Below, piece after piece: positions 11,478 through 23,510 of a stretch of DNA of 64,000 nucleotides (positions within the stretch are counted from its first letter, which is position 1; every line of letters starts with the position of its first letter). Below the pieces are notes generated by a model. It made no database searches and had not been told where the DNA came from. It was given only the letters and a program-made list of their open reading frames with translations. The DNA comes from Eledone cirrhosa (Eukaryota): assembly GCA_964016885.1 (NCBI GenBank), contig OZ024752.1:16864001-16928000 (forward strand), in the 5' to 3' direction. The translations under genes were made by a program, and so were the position numbers.

Positions 11478-11946
11478 CTAGCCGAATTACTCGCGCCTTG
11501 CTGCGTCTCACACAATTTCTTTTGTAAGAAAATGATGATTGATTTGAAATCAGTGATATAATTTATGGAGAAAAACTCTGCATTTCAATATTACTCAATG
11601 TAAAATGAAAAATTGGAAAACATTATTTTTTGTAATATATCAAATCAAAATTACATTATTAAATCTTATTCTTATTTTGTTTCTTGTAAATAATTTCTTT
11701 CAAAATATCAATTCAAAACCTATGGTTTAAATTGCATATAAATCGAAGGAAAAAACTTTTCAGTGGTGATTTTCAGCGGGGGTTTGTGCTCCCGGGGACT
11801 TATCCAAGTACCCTGGGCAATGTAGTTTCAGAATATATATAGTTATGGGGGTCTTTCTTCAAAACCATAGGAAGAGTTCGTGAAGAAACAAACAGACAAA
11901 CAAACAAACAAACAGGCAGGAACTACAACTATATATATATATAAGA
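11478..11946 (-). mobile_element. Non-autonomous Helitron, about 470 bp
   Basis: On the minus strand it begins A|TCTTATATAT followed by (GTTT)n, and ends in the imperfect hairpin CGCAGCAAGGCGCG then ..GGCTAG|T. These are TC..CTAG termini inserted between A and T. Confidence 0.75.
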
Positions 11947-12041
11947 TTATACCTGAACATATATGGTTTTGTAGTTGTAGTGATAGACACAAGCAAGTAA
12001 TGTACACTAATGAGTATATACATAAACAGACTCATTAACTG

Positions 12042-13200
12042 CCACAAGGATATGGTCCGAACGTGGAAGAGCGGAACTCCCACTGTCATCGCCTCCATCT
12101 CTCTCGTCCTCCCCATCTCTCTGTATAGTTAGAAAATGGGGGTCCCACGTGCTGGCCGCCCAGAGCCCCGGCGGACAGAATGGAGAAGGCGTTTCCCCGG
12201 AGGATGGTAAGGGAGTTGCGCTGGAAGAGCCATTCAAACTCGCGAGGTTCACACCTGCGGCTGGCCAGCTCAGCGCCTATGGTGGTAAGTAGGGAGGTAG
12301 CCCTATGGCTAAGGACACCATAAGTCTCCACTGCCAAGGGCACGACCGCGAACCAGGTTAAGGCTGGAGAAAGTGTCGCTGCAAGTGGCATCCCAGACGA
12401 GGGGTTTGCCACCACGGAACGGGAAGATGGTCATACCGTCTGGCCTTTTGCCGTCCCCTCGGTCCAGCCTCACCGGTTCGAGCTAGGAGGGGAAGCGTGC
12501 AGCGTCCAAGCCATGCTTTATGACTTTGTTGAGGGCAGCATGGAGTGGGAGGCGACCGGCACTTAGCGACAGGAAAGCGGGTGGAGGCTGAAAGAGTTCA
12601 CGGTGGATCCACAGCGACATTTATGTGGCTCACAGATCCGAAGGCCAAGCCTCAAGGAAACGCCGATGCGCAGGCTATTGTTATACAGCTGCGTGCCAGT
12701 GGGGAAGAAGGGCAAGGCATGGAGCCAGGCACCACTGTAGGGTTTGGAGGCCGCACGAAAACAGGCAAGGCGGTGCTGGTCGAGCTGGCGCGTGAGCCTG
12801 TCAGAGGCCAGGCTGCACTGGATGGCATCCCAAATGCTTTGGGGGTGGACTTGACGTAAGGAGGGAGAGAAGGGGGAGGGACGTCTCCTGGGCTAAGTCC
12901 CAGCCGGTCCTACATCTCACAGGCGGTATCACGTTCCCCGATCACAGAGGGTTCCATTGTGTTTTGGAGAACCCTGCTACGAGGACGTGGAATGAGGTTA
13001 CCGACGAAAGAAACGCCGGAAAAGCCAGCGAGATCGGGGACCGGAGGCCAAGGCCACCATATCTGACAGGTAAAGTGGCCTGTTGCCATCCAATGTCGTC
13101 AAACCTGACGTTGATATCCCCTCGGCTGCCGCTCGGATACAAGTATCGATGTCAGCGAGGAGAGATGCGTGGCTGTAGCACAGAGCGCTGCGAAGGGTAT
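12042..13200 (-). mobile_element. CRE-like RLE LINE, 3' portion
   Basis: WQQATLPVRYGGLGLR, LDRGDGKRPDG-type RLE, VPLAVETYG and EFEWLFQRNSLTILRGNAFSIL. Confidence 0.8.
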
Positions 13201-14006
13201 AGAGGAGCTTTGGATGTTGCATTTTATAACTACAGTGATCTGTGAGATACTTCGTCTGAGGGACAACATTTTCTTTTCTAAATTACGCATCTACGCTGGT
13301 TCAGGCTTTCTGTTTGTATCTTGGTTGGGTGGTTTTAGATGTTTATGATAGGATAGCAATGTGATAGCTGAAACATATAGCAAAATATTAAGCATTTCAT
13401 ATGTCGTTTCCACACCTTTGGATCGTGGGCATTCAGATAATTGTCAGCTATTTCGTTCACTGATTCCAATTCCAATTTAGTGGGTTATTTACTGATTCTA
13501 GTGTTGTATGCTCTGTTCTTCACATTATAACTGTGTATCTCTTGAAATATATCATCCCACATCACTTGGAATGTGTCCACAAGGTTTTGGTGTCCTGTTT
13601 GTACAGCAGAATTATGGATTTCATCTACGTTGTTGATGTGTTGTTCACTGCTAGATTTAGCTGACCATTCTCTCTGTCTGTCAATGGAAATGGAATGTTT
13701 ATCTTCAATAGTGACACTCAGTTCCGTTAGATGCATCAATTTACATCGCATGATACGTTTTGCCTGTTCATTTAAATATTTTGGGGAAAAGTCTAATTCT
13801 GGGTGTTCCACAAAAGTTTTAGCCTCTGCTTTTCACCAACCTCTCTTTGTGAGGTGTACACCTGGACTGCGACACCTAGTGGTTTCGGCTTGTTACATAC
13901 AAGCTGAAAATACTAGACATCAAGGTCAGGTTTATACTTCCAATGCCTAGAGTACAACCGTGATTTGTGATCTTCCTGGACTCAGAACCTCAGATTTCAA
14001 TGTATA

Positions 14007-14009
<3 letters not shown>

Positions 14010-14100
<91 letters not shown>
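14010..14100. repeat. (TA)n microsatellite
   Basis: Direct reading; similar tracts at 1724-1766, 18104-18223, 30107-30160, 48117-48165 and 51896-51952. Confidence 0.98.
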
Positions 14101-14101
<1 letters not shown>

Positions 14102-14192
14102 CGAATGAAATGTGGTACGGAACCAGATGGACCATAAAGCACCGAAGTACTCAATACTTAGGGAAGTAGAGTGGGTAATAGGGACGAGTAGG

Positions 14193-14288
14193 ACCCTGAC
14201 GGCTGAGCTCAAGCCGTTTCGACGGCTAATTCTGGACTAAGTGAACATTTTTATCCTGGTAAATAAATAGCCGAGCTTCTCAGGGGGT
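14193..14288 (-). ncRNA. Hammerhead ribozyme, family 2 (degenerate copy)
   Basis: Minus strand reads ACCCC CTGAGAA G..CGGCTA..TAGCCG TC GAAA CGGC TTGAGCTCA GCCG TC AGGGT. It has a C3.A8 mismatch and a stem I mismatch. Confidence 0.65.
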
Positions 14289-15871
14289 AATATTCCATAT
14301 ATGGTAAAAGTGATTGTCGCAAGGATTGGTCAAAAGTTTGTTGTTGAGACACATAATTCTATCATGGCAATTTGTGGAAGGAAGAGGTAGCTGAACTTGC
14401 CAGTAGAAGAAAGAGGGAGAGGGAGTGGAGGAAACCCAGTCGTGCGTTGAAAGTGACGACTACAGCAGAATCCTAAGGATAAGAGGTCAAGATGGGGAGG
14501 GGGAGGAAGTCGAAACAATAAGTAGATCTATATGGAGTAAATCTATATAGAAAATAAGAATGTTAAAAATATAAAAAAACACAATTTCTGGTTACTATTC
14601 CCTATATAAGCTTTGTTGGAGGTGTCCGTCCTCACGTTGCACTGGTAGATCATATTACGATCTCTGCATCTGTTGTCGAGGGGGAAAATGGATCCAACAG
14701 GACAGTTACACCTCCTGGTCGGCTCTCCACTGCTATCTAGGTTATTTCTTCCATAGGGGTTGAGTTTTTTTGTTGTTAGAGGAGACGATGTTTTGTGCAA
14801 AGTTAGGTGTGGTGCTGTAGGAGATTTTGATGGTATTTTTGTTGATTATGTTGCGGTAGCGGTGTTATAATGGGAAGTGTTTTTCGAGGAGCCTAAAAAA
14901 GATTTTTCCGATAGGTGTTGCCACCTCAGCATTATGGGGAGGATTGAACCACGTTACGTTGCGTGAGTCGCGGTGTCGCCTGCTGGTTCCGCTAAGGGAA
15001 GTTGGATAAAAGGATATTTCCTCCCGGAAGCCACTCCGCTTGAGGGCCTGGTTGTAATGAGGGGCATGTTCGTCGAATATCTGCTCATTAGCGGACAAAC
15101 GAGTTATGCGGAGGGTGATGTTTTAAACCAGGTTATTGGTGATGTTTCTGGGATGGTTAGAGCGGCGGTGGATGTAGTGCAGGTTGTCGTTTGATTTCCG
15201 GTATGGATAGTACAGATCATTTTCGAGGTTAAGGGTAACGTCCAGCAAATTGACTCGGGTTAGGGACGTTTGTAGGGAGATTTTAAATCCCCAGTCCCGG
15301 AAGAAGTTGATTAGTTGTTTACAGACCCGGTCTGTACTACTGCGGTTGTACCCTTTGAGGGTGAGGAGCCCATCATCCTGGTACAATCCACCGCCGAATG
15401 CAGGAAACATTTCGGTGAGTTTAAATAGTAGGAATAATCCTATAAGATCTGTGACCTCGGCCGAATCCGTCGCGCCCATACTGACGTCGAAGGGGGAGTC
15501 GGGAGCTCTCTTTATCCACTTGGAGTTGTCGAAAAGTAGGACTGTCTTCCTGGCGTGGAGAATGATATTTCTTTCCTGGTCAGTGATTGGTGTGAGTGTT
15601 TCTTTCAATTATGTTTCTATCATCTTTTATTGTCTGCTACTCTCATTCGAATTACCTATTCTATAACCTCCCTCCTCCATTTCATACACTATCCTTAGAA
15701 TCTGTTGTATACATATCACTTTCAACGCTTGACCGACCCCACTCACTCCCCATTGTTCTACAGGCAAGTTCAGCCACCCCTACCTCCCACCAAATGCCGT
15801 GATAGACTTATTTGTTTACAACAAATTTTAACCAATCCTCTTGACAACTACATCTTCCCAAATAAGGAAGT

Positions 15872-15968
15872 ACCCCCTTGACAAGTTCGGCTATTTATTC
15901 ACCAGGCTAAACATTCTAATTTAGTCCAGAAATAGCCGTCGAAACGGCTTGAGCTCTGCCGTCGGGGT
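15872..15968 (+). ncRNA. Hammerhead ribozyme, family 2 (U3-A8 core)
   Basis: CCCC TTGACAA (15878-84) G..CGGCTATT..AATAGCCG TC GAAA (15941-44) CGGC TTGAGCTCT GCCG TC GGGG; cleavage triplet GUC at 15961-63. Confidence 0.8.
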
Positions 15969-16584
15969 CATACTTTTTCCTATTTCCCACTCTACTACCC
16001 TAAGTATTGAGTACTCTGGTGCGTTATGGTCCATCTGGTTCCTTACCACGATTCCTTTGTTTTATATATTATATATAGATATAGATATAGATAATAGATG
16101 TCAAGATGAATGGACCTGTTATTTTTATCTAAAGACATTTGTTCCAATTCCACCCCGTCCGTCCCTTCAATCTATTTAATTTCAAGCGTTACCCTAATAT
16201 ATTAGTACTTGTCAAGAAATGACAGAAAATAATCGGTAAACAAAAGCCCATAAGTCTTTAGACTAAAAGATTAACAATTAAAACCTAGAAACCATGTATG
16301 GACCAAATAAATTGCTGACTAAACAACGTGAATAAGATCTAAAGGATTGATAACAGTTTGTTTTATTGTGTTTTTGTTGATTTTAGAATAAGTACAAAAC
16401 ATAAATTGATCCATATGGATTGTGAAACTATATACATGAAATAATGTTATGATGTGGAAAGATCAATATGTAAAAATAGACGTAGGAAGGGGGAAATATA
16501 TTTAATAAGGGAAATGATGAACAAATAACATGAAAAAAGCAGCTGTTTCAATGAGATCAATGGAGTATGTAACACTAGACCACT

Positions 16585-16675
16585 CACCATACAGAGAGAT
16601 GGAGAGCGCGAGAGAGATGGGGGCGATGACAGTGGGAGTTCGGCTCTTCCACGTTCGGACCATATCCTTGTGGTT
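16585..16675 (+). mobile_element. Short copy of the sequence found at the CRE-like 3' end
   Basis: Reverse complement of 12042-12130 (GGCGATGACAGTGGGAGTTC.GCTCTTCCACGTTCGGACCATATCCTTGTGG). Confidence 0.65.
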
Positions 16676-17199
16676 GTGTTTATTATCTATATAGAAAATT
16701 ATTTATTTCCCAAGATTTACTTGCTGAATGGAACAGCAACATCACAACTTACAATTAAGGACAAAATGAAAACACACACACACACATAGAACAAACGACC
16801 AACCAGTAACATCTAAATAAACAAATAAATAAACAAATATAAACACACACAGACACCCGGATGTAACACATGCGCAAACTAAGCACACAACACACACACA
16901 AAAACAAGATGGCGTAGGACAGAACAAAGGAGAGGCACAAAGAAAAGAATCCCCAGTCACTGAAGAGGTCACAGAATGTGTGACGAAAGAACTTTGACAA
17001 TATATGAACAATCGTCTGGTTGTGGAACCAACCAACCAACCGGAAATTTATAAATTCCTAAATGTATAAATTTAATTTATAATAAATTGAAGTGAAAGCA
17101 ACTGGTGCGTGTGTTTCTTATTGGCAGAGCTATCAGACGAGAGGGACTAGATATCCAGCTAGCCCACTCAGGACCTTCTCTACGCGGATAGCTAACCAA

Positions 17200-18100
17200 G
17201 AGACACTGCAGGCTAGCCAACTGCCCCATCGACGAGACCTATGCCACCAGGCTTACGTCGTATACAGATTAGAGTGCGACAAATACAGCAATTTATACAT
17301 AGGTAGCACCACCAGACCACTTCACATTAGAATAAAAGAACACCTCAACACTAATGCTTCCTCTTTTAAGAAACACCTAGTGAAATTCAAAAACACCGAC
17401 AAAAACATAATAGTTAGGATAGAAGCTAAGGAAAGAAACCTCGGCAATCTTACAATTAAAGAAGCACTAATTATAGACAAAACGCAACCACCAATCAATA
17501 ACAGACTAGAACTCAACACCCAATTTTTAACATGATAGAGGACCTAGCCCCACACTTACATCTCCACGTATCCTCACACACACACACGCACGCTTACACA
17601 TTCACCTATTCTCTCACACACACATACACATACACAGAGACCAGTTTTAACATGATAGAGCATCTAGCTCCCACATTTACATATAAACATATCCTCTCAC
17701 ACTCACACACACATACACACGCACACGCACACACACACACACGCATGCTTACACCTTTACGTATTCTCCCACACACACTTAGACATACTTGTCCAAACCC
17801 TTTTAAAGGGAGACAACCCTTTATCCACCTAACCATCACTCTTTGACATTAGAAATAGAATGGCATTTTTATACTATTTCCTGTCAGCATGACCTGGCAA
17901 GCTAATTAGAACATTGGAGTAACCCCTTTACTACCCTCTGAAGAAGAGATATTATCTCGAAACTTAAGGATATTCAAATAAATTTAAGGTAAAAGATATC
18001 TTTTGCATTTGTATTTATATTCTATATCCATACCTGCATTGTTCTGGCCTTCTAACTCCAAACGTTTATACCTCACTACGCAATGCTTCAAGTAAACTAC
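17200..18100 (+). mobile_element. Penelope-like 3' fragment: GIY-YIG domain plus 3' region
   Basis: VVYRLECDKYSNLYIGSTTRPLHIRIKEH..KEALII..PPIN. Degenerate hammerhead CTGAAGA A GAGATA T TATCTC GAAAC at 17938-17963. Ends at (TA)n. Confidence 0.8.
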
Positions 18101-18228
<128 letters not shown>

Positions 18229-18270
18229 CAAAATGTTAATAAATGAAAAATATTCTCATAATCAAAATAT

Positions 18271-18335
18271 ATATTTTATTATACATATTTCAAAGGTACA
18301 ATGGTATTTAAGTACGTTTTTATCAGACAAAATAT
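18271..18335 (-). ncRNA. Hammerhead ribozyme, family 1, G8A-mutated
   Basis: Minus strand reads ATATTTTGT CTGATAA AAA-C-GTAC..GTAC-C-TTT GAAA TATGTATA ATAAAATAT. Confidence 0.65.
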
Positions 18336-19425
18336 AAAATTTGATATGTGACATACCGCTACGGTTTTGATTATTCAATTCCAGTATTGGCAGTGATTTA
18401 TTTCACCAAATCTCAACGTTTTTATACCACAAATAATATGATAAACTTAAAGAAGAAAAGGACGTAGAGCAAGGTAGAAATATAGAAGGGGGAGGAAAAG
18501 AAGAGGAAAAGGCAAGAAATAAACAAATAAATAAATAAAGAAAGAAATGAATAAATAAATAAAGAAATGAATAAAAGAAGAAAAAAGATGAGAAAAGAGG
18601 AATAAAAACAAAAGAAAGGGAAGATGTAGGGAGAATAAAGAGAAAACGAAGGGGAATAAAGAAAAATGAAGAAAAGGAAAAGGAAAAGGAAAATCTGAAA
18701 TAGAGGGGAGAATAAAAAACCGTTGTATTCAAATGCTAGATAAAATAAGAAATAAAAAATCTATTCACACTCTTTAGCTAATTATACTTTTATATTATAT
18801 CCAGATTATTTATGTATAGATTACTTTCTATAGCAATCAAATATTTAAGTTAATTACAAATTTATATAATTTAATTTAGCTCATTCTAGATTATTATAAT
18901 TTTTAATTTTAAGGTAAGATATTCTATTAATATTTTACTACAACTTTAAAAGAATTAATCTTTAAAGCCTGATTAAATAATTATTAAATATGTATTAAAA
19001 TATAATACCATGCACATATCCCCATCAATACATATAATATATTTTGTCATTTATTATCCAAATTAATTTAGAAATTCGCTATATGAAAACTTTGTTATTT
19101 AATTTTCATTTATTTCTTAGAATCCAACTGTGGTTATATTTACTCTCTATAATTTTATTTCATTTAATGAATGGTTATATTTACTTCTGTATTTAATTAT
19201 TCTGATATATATATAGTTTCCTTTTAATGATAGTCTATGTATTATTAAACTATTAATCATTAATTATTAATCCATATTTCATATTTATACGTTTTTTCAA
19301 GCTAGTCAAAAAGAAATTTTTACGGACAATGTAAAATACTCCAGGAAAATCACATATCGAGTGCTTCTAATCTATTGTAAAATTGTATTCGTTGATTAAT
19401 CAACGAACCATATTAATCTTTGATT

Positions 19426-19457
<32 letters not shown>

Positions 19458-19551
19458 ATATAATAATAATGATTTTTTTATTGGCCCCAAGGGCTGACAT
19501 CAAGAAAAACATTACATACGGCACAATAATAGTAATAATAATAATAATAAT

Positions 19552-19741
19552 AATTGTTTCTACTTTAGGCACAATGCCAGCAATTACCCAGTGCATTACT
19601 GGTACTTTTATTTTATCGACCCTGTTAGGATGAAAGGCAAAGTCAACCTCGGCGGGATTTGAACTCAGATCGTAAAAGGACGTAACTATGCTGGAAAGCA
19701 TGGCGTCCGATCCTCTACCGATACTGCCAATCCACCGCCCT

Positions 19742-19742
<1 letters not shown>
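19552..19742 (-). mobile_element. tRNA-derived SINE, near full length
   Basis: Same family as 1961-2153. Confidence 0.85.
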
Positions 19743-19809
<67 letters not shown>

Positions 19810-20057
19810 TTTCTTTATTAACCACAAGGGTTTACATAAAGTAGACATTAAGGACAGTGCAGGACAATGCAGGACGGTACAAATGGGCATTTCTGCGTGT
19901 AAAAAACAAAAACAGAGGATGTAACAAAAAATAACAATGAAAAATTCCCCAATAGGGGGGAGACTTCGGAGGGACATTTGTGGAGAAAGCCCAGTAAAAA
20001 GCCACAATGACCCTGACCACCAAGGCAAGTGCCCTCTCCCAGTTTTCCACCTTTAAT

Positions 20058-23000
20058 TTACAGATATATGCTCAGAGTAGGCCCATTCACTCGGGCCATT
20101 CTTGCTTCTCTCACCCATCTTTCAACAAAATGCTGGGAAGAGAGCACTTCCCTCTCTACTCTGATTTTCCTTTTCAAATGAAATTTGAAAAAGTCAATCA
20201 GAGCATCACCGAAGAGGTAAGTGCTCGTCTTCAGCCCTTTCAAACGTGTCCACCATACTATCTCTTTCGCCATGGCCACCAGGCAGATAAAAACTGCCTG
20301 CCCTTCCCGGCTAAAGGAGGAGGGCGGGGCAATCCTCACGATGGACTCAGATGATAGCCGGATCCGTCCTAAACGCGACAGCAGGTGTTCGACATAAACC
20401 CACAAGTCAGCAATTTTCGGACACTGGACTAGTGCGTGCAGGACGGTTTCGTCGCCCTGCGCGCATCTCGGACATGCCCGGCTGACGGCACCTCCATGCC
20501 TGTAGAGTTTATCCCGAACTGGCAAGGCTCCTCGGTAGCACTGCCAGGCCAGAGATTTCTGGAAGTTGTCCATAGGCCCTGGCCCGAAAGTTCTTCCGAA
20601 GAGATTGGCTAGTTGATTTTCGTCGACGCCTAGAGTTTCCCCAAGTACGTCGTCGCTCTTATCCTCCACTAATCCTCTATAGAACGCCGAGGTGGAGTTT
20701 CCACCGATCACATTGCCCGATTGGTCGAGGGCTGTGAGCGCCTGAAGACATTCCAGTCTCCAGGCGCTCCCTCTCGGTCTTCGCTTGACCCAGGACTGCA
20801 GCTCCGTCAAGGCAACGAGCTGGGGAAACACGCGTCTAGCAAACGGCGACCACACCTGATCACCGTCGAGGAAGAGGTGGAGATGTCGTAGCCTGAGCGC
20901 GTGCCTGCGCATCATCAGCCACGGCATGCCCAGCCCTCCACGTAGCGGGTGTTGACAACAGATGGACCGCCTGACCATCGGAGCGCGTCCCTTCCACAAA
21001 AAGCGAAAGAGCAAACGCTCCAGCACAGTCAGGCGAGGCTTAGGACAAGGTACGACGGTCAGGCGGTAGCAGATGACGGACGCGATGTACGCGTTAGCCA
21101 CCTCCGCTCGACCTTTCAGGGATAGCTTCCTCTCGGCCCATTTCTGGGTGAGAGAAGCCACCCTGCTCGTCACCTCGTCCCAGTTTTTGTCCGTCTGGAG
21201 GTCCGGACCGAACCAGACCCCTAGCAATTTAACCGTCCGTCCGTCCAGCGTCCGACGACGCTGTTGGACGGCATGGACCTGCCTCTCCAGGTGCCGAGCT
21301 GCAGGCCCACTGACTTTTCCTGGTTGATCATTGCTCCTGTCACCGCTTCGTATTCTCTTAGTGTAGTGCCGATCGCCTCGATGTGTTTGGCGTTCGACAC
21401 CACTACGGTGACATCGTCCGCATATGCTGATACGGATCTTCCGCATCCTAGTTCGCGCGGGACCCCCCTCAACGTTTCCAGTTTGTGCAGTAATTGCTCG
21501 AGAGTCAATACGTACAAGAGGGACGAGAGGGGACATCCTTGGCGGACCGAGCGCATGATGTTGAACGGTTCCGACAGGTGACCGTTCACTCTCACCACAG
21601 AGCAGATGTCGCTGTGCATGGCAGCGATCCAGCCTCTGAAGACGGGCCCAAAGCCAGCCGCCCTCAGGACTGCCGCTAGGTAACGATGGTCGACCCTATC
21701 GAAAGCTTTCGACTGATCTAAATTGATCAAGGACCCACCCGTGCCAGGTTCCCTAGCTACCTTCTCTACGATGTATCGCATGAGGTGGAGGTTGTCGTGG
21801 ATGGATCTGTCGGGAATGGCGCATGTCTGCGCCTCTCCCACCAAACCACCAACGACAAGCGCCAACCTCTTTGCTAGCACCTTGGCCAAAATCTTAAACT
21901 CTGTGTCTAGCAGAGTTATGGGCCGGAAATTTTCTATGTTATCCCCCTTGTTCGGATCCTTTCTCAGCAGTGCCACCGCTCCTCGGCTCACAGAACTGGG
22001 AATTCTCCCGTTCTGTTGCCAGTTGCAGTAGACGTCCGCCAAGAGGCCTCCGAACAAGTCTGGCATCTGTGCGTAAAGTTCATAGGGCAGACCATCCAAA
22101 CCAGGCGATTTACCCCTTGTGCAGCCAGTCATTGCCTCCCTTACTTCAGCGGCTGTTATCGGCTTTTCGCAACACTTCGCCTCAGTGGCCGAGAGCCGCG
22201 GCAGTCCGTCGAGGTAGACACTAAAGTCCATCCCTCTACCCGGCCCCCCGCTGCCCCCGAACAGCTGAGCGAAGTGTCGCTGAAAAGCTTCACACATTTG
22301 CCCGGGATCGAGTAGCATGCGCCTGTCGTGGTCCACCAAAGACCGGATCGTGGCTTTGTTGCCACGACGCGCCTCCGCCACTCGGGCCCATTGAACGGCT
22401 TTCGTCCCCTCGTGTCTGAGAGCACGCACCCTTGCTCTGACAACGCAGCCTTCGTGCTTTGCATTGAAGAATTGGTCAAGGGCCAATTTCGCCGCAAGCA
22501 CGTCGGTCGCAATGCCTTTGCTAAGCGCCTCGTCTAATTTTCTAACTAGTTCTCCCTCTGCTCTATTTTTCTCTATTGCTAAAGCCTTACTAAACCTAAT
22601 CGATTCTATTCTAATCGTTCTTTTCAGAGCAAACCACCACTTGTTGTTGACGATGGCCCCCGTCAACGCCCGCTTAACTAGTTCGCTAATCCGGTCTCTG
22701 TAGGCCTTGCGCGCTGGTAAGGACGCGTTTAGCTTCCAGTAGCCGGGTCCTCGTCTATGAAGCCTATCTAAGTCAAGCACACAGGTCACGAATTTGTGGT
22801 CCGTGTAGCTGACTATCTTGAATTGTGGACAGCCTATGCTAGACCTATCTATTTCCCTACAAAATACTCTATCTAGATATGATCTGGATGACCCTATGCG
22901 ATTTGTCCAAGTCCACATTGGCACATTCGGGAAATCCAATCGGTACCTGTCAGACAGTTCAAAACGCCTGAGCAGGTTGGTGAGGCTCTTGCACCCTCCA

Positions 23001-23475
23001 CCCCTATCCGCTAATCCCACACAGTCCCAGCGTGCATCTAAGATCCCGTTCCAGTCGCCCACTAACACTAAAGAGCGGGACGTTCCAAGAAAGGTCTCCA
23101 GACGCCGGAAGAAATCAGGCCGCCCTGCTCCTGTCGGGCATAGACGGCCACTAGCCTGAAAGCTTTCCCGTCTCCGCTGGTCACGTCCAGCACCACCAGC
23201 TTACCCTCTGGGTCCAGGAAGATGGCCCGTATGGCGAGATCCAAACCTCTCCGAAAAAGAACAGCAACTCCTCCACCCGATCCAGGACGGCTGGGAGATG
23301 CGTACACATCGTAGCCGCCGAAGATCGGTGCGAAGGCCCGTGCTTCGGAGATTCTGGTCTCGCTGATGGCCACTACATCTATGTTTAGTGACCTGAGGTC
23401 GTTGAGCAGGTGACCCTGCTTCCATGACGACCCCAAGCCACGCGCATTTATGCTGCCTATTCTGAGTGAGGTCAT
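20058..23475 (-). pseudogene. Tx1 ORF2 (APE endonuclease-RT-CCHC), two frameshifts
   Basis: SINARGL/ISETR/GDWN/YLDR/TDH (APE); QGCPLS and YADD (RT); CPRC..ETVLHALVQC. Split over ORFs 23068-23475, 21221-23068 and 20058-21536. Confidence 0.93.
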
Positions 23476-23510
23476 GTTTAAAATAGAGTGGAAAAGATGG
23501 GAAAGACCAC

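Larger units (their letters stand above)
8779..13815 (-). mobile_element. R4/Dong-like RLE LINE family A, copy 1, decayed and split by a nested block (11374-13200)
   Basis: RT motifs GIFQGDSLS, HLFFVGDLKLY and MKFGESKCAYL; zinc knuckle CRLC..H....C; KHNRPD-type RLE. Collinear with 30277-33700. Confidence 0.9.
14101..16060 (-). mobile_element. Penelope-like element with inverted 5' pLTR, partial RT and a chimeric 3' pLTR
   Basis: RT 15123-15608 (FDVSMGATDSAEVTDL, LYQDDGL, LLDVTLNL) and WFNPP linker. GIY-YIG is cut after YIG at about 14601. pLTRs at 14101-14590 (-) and 15610-16060 (+). Confidence 0.9.
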
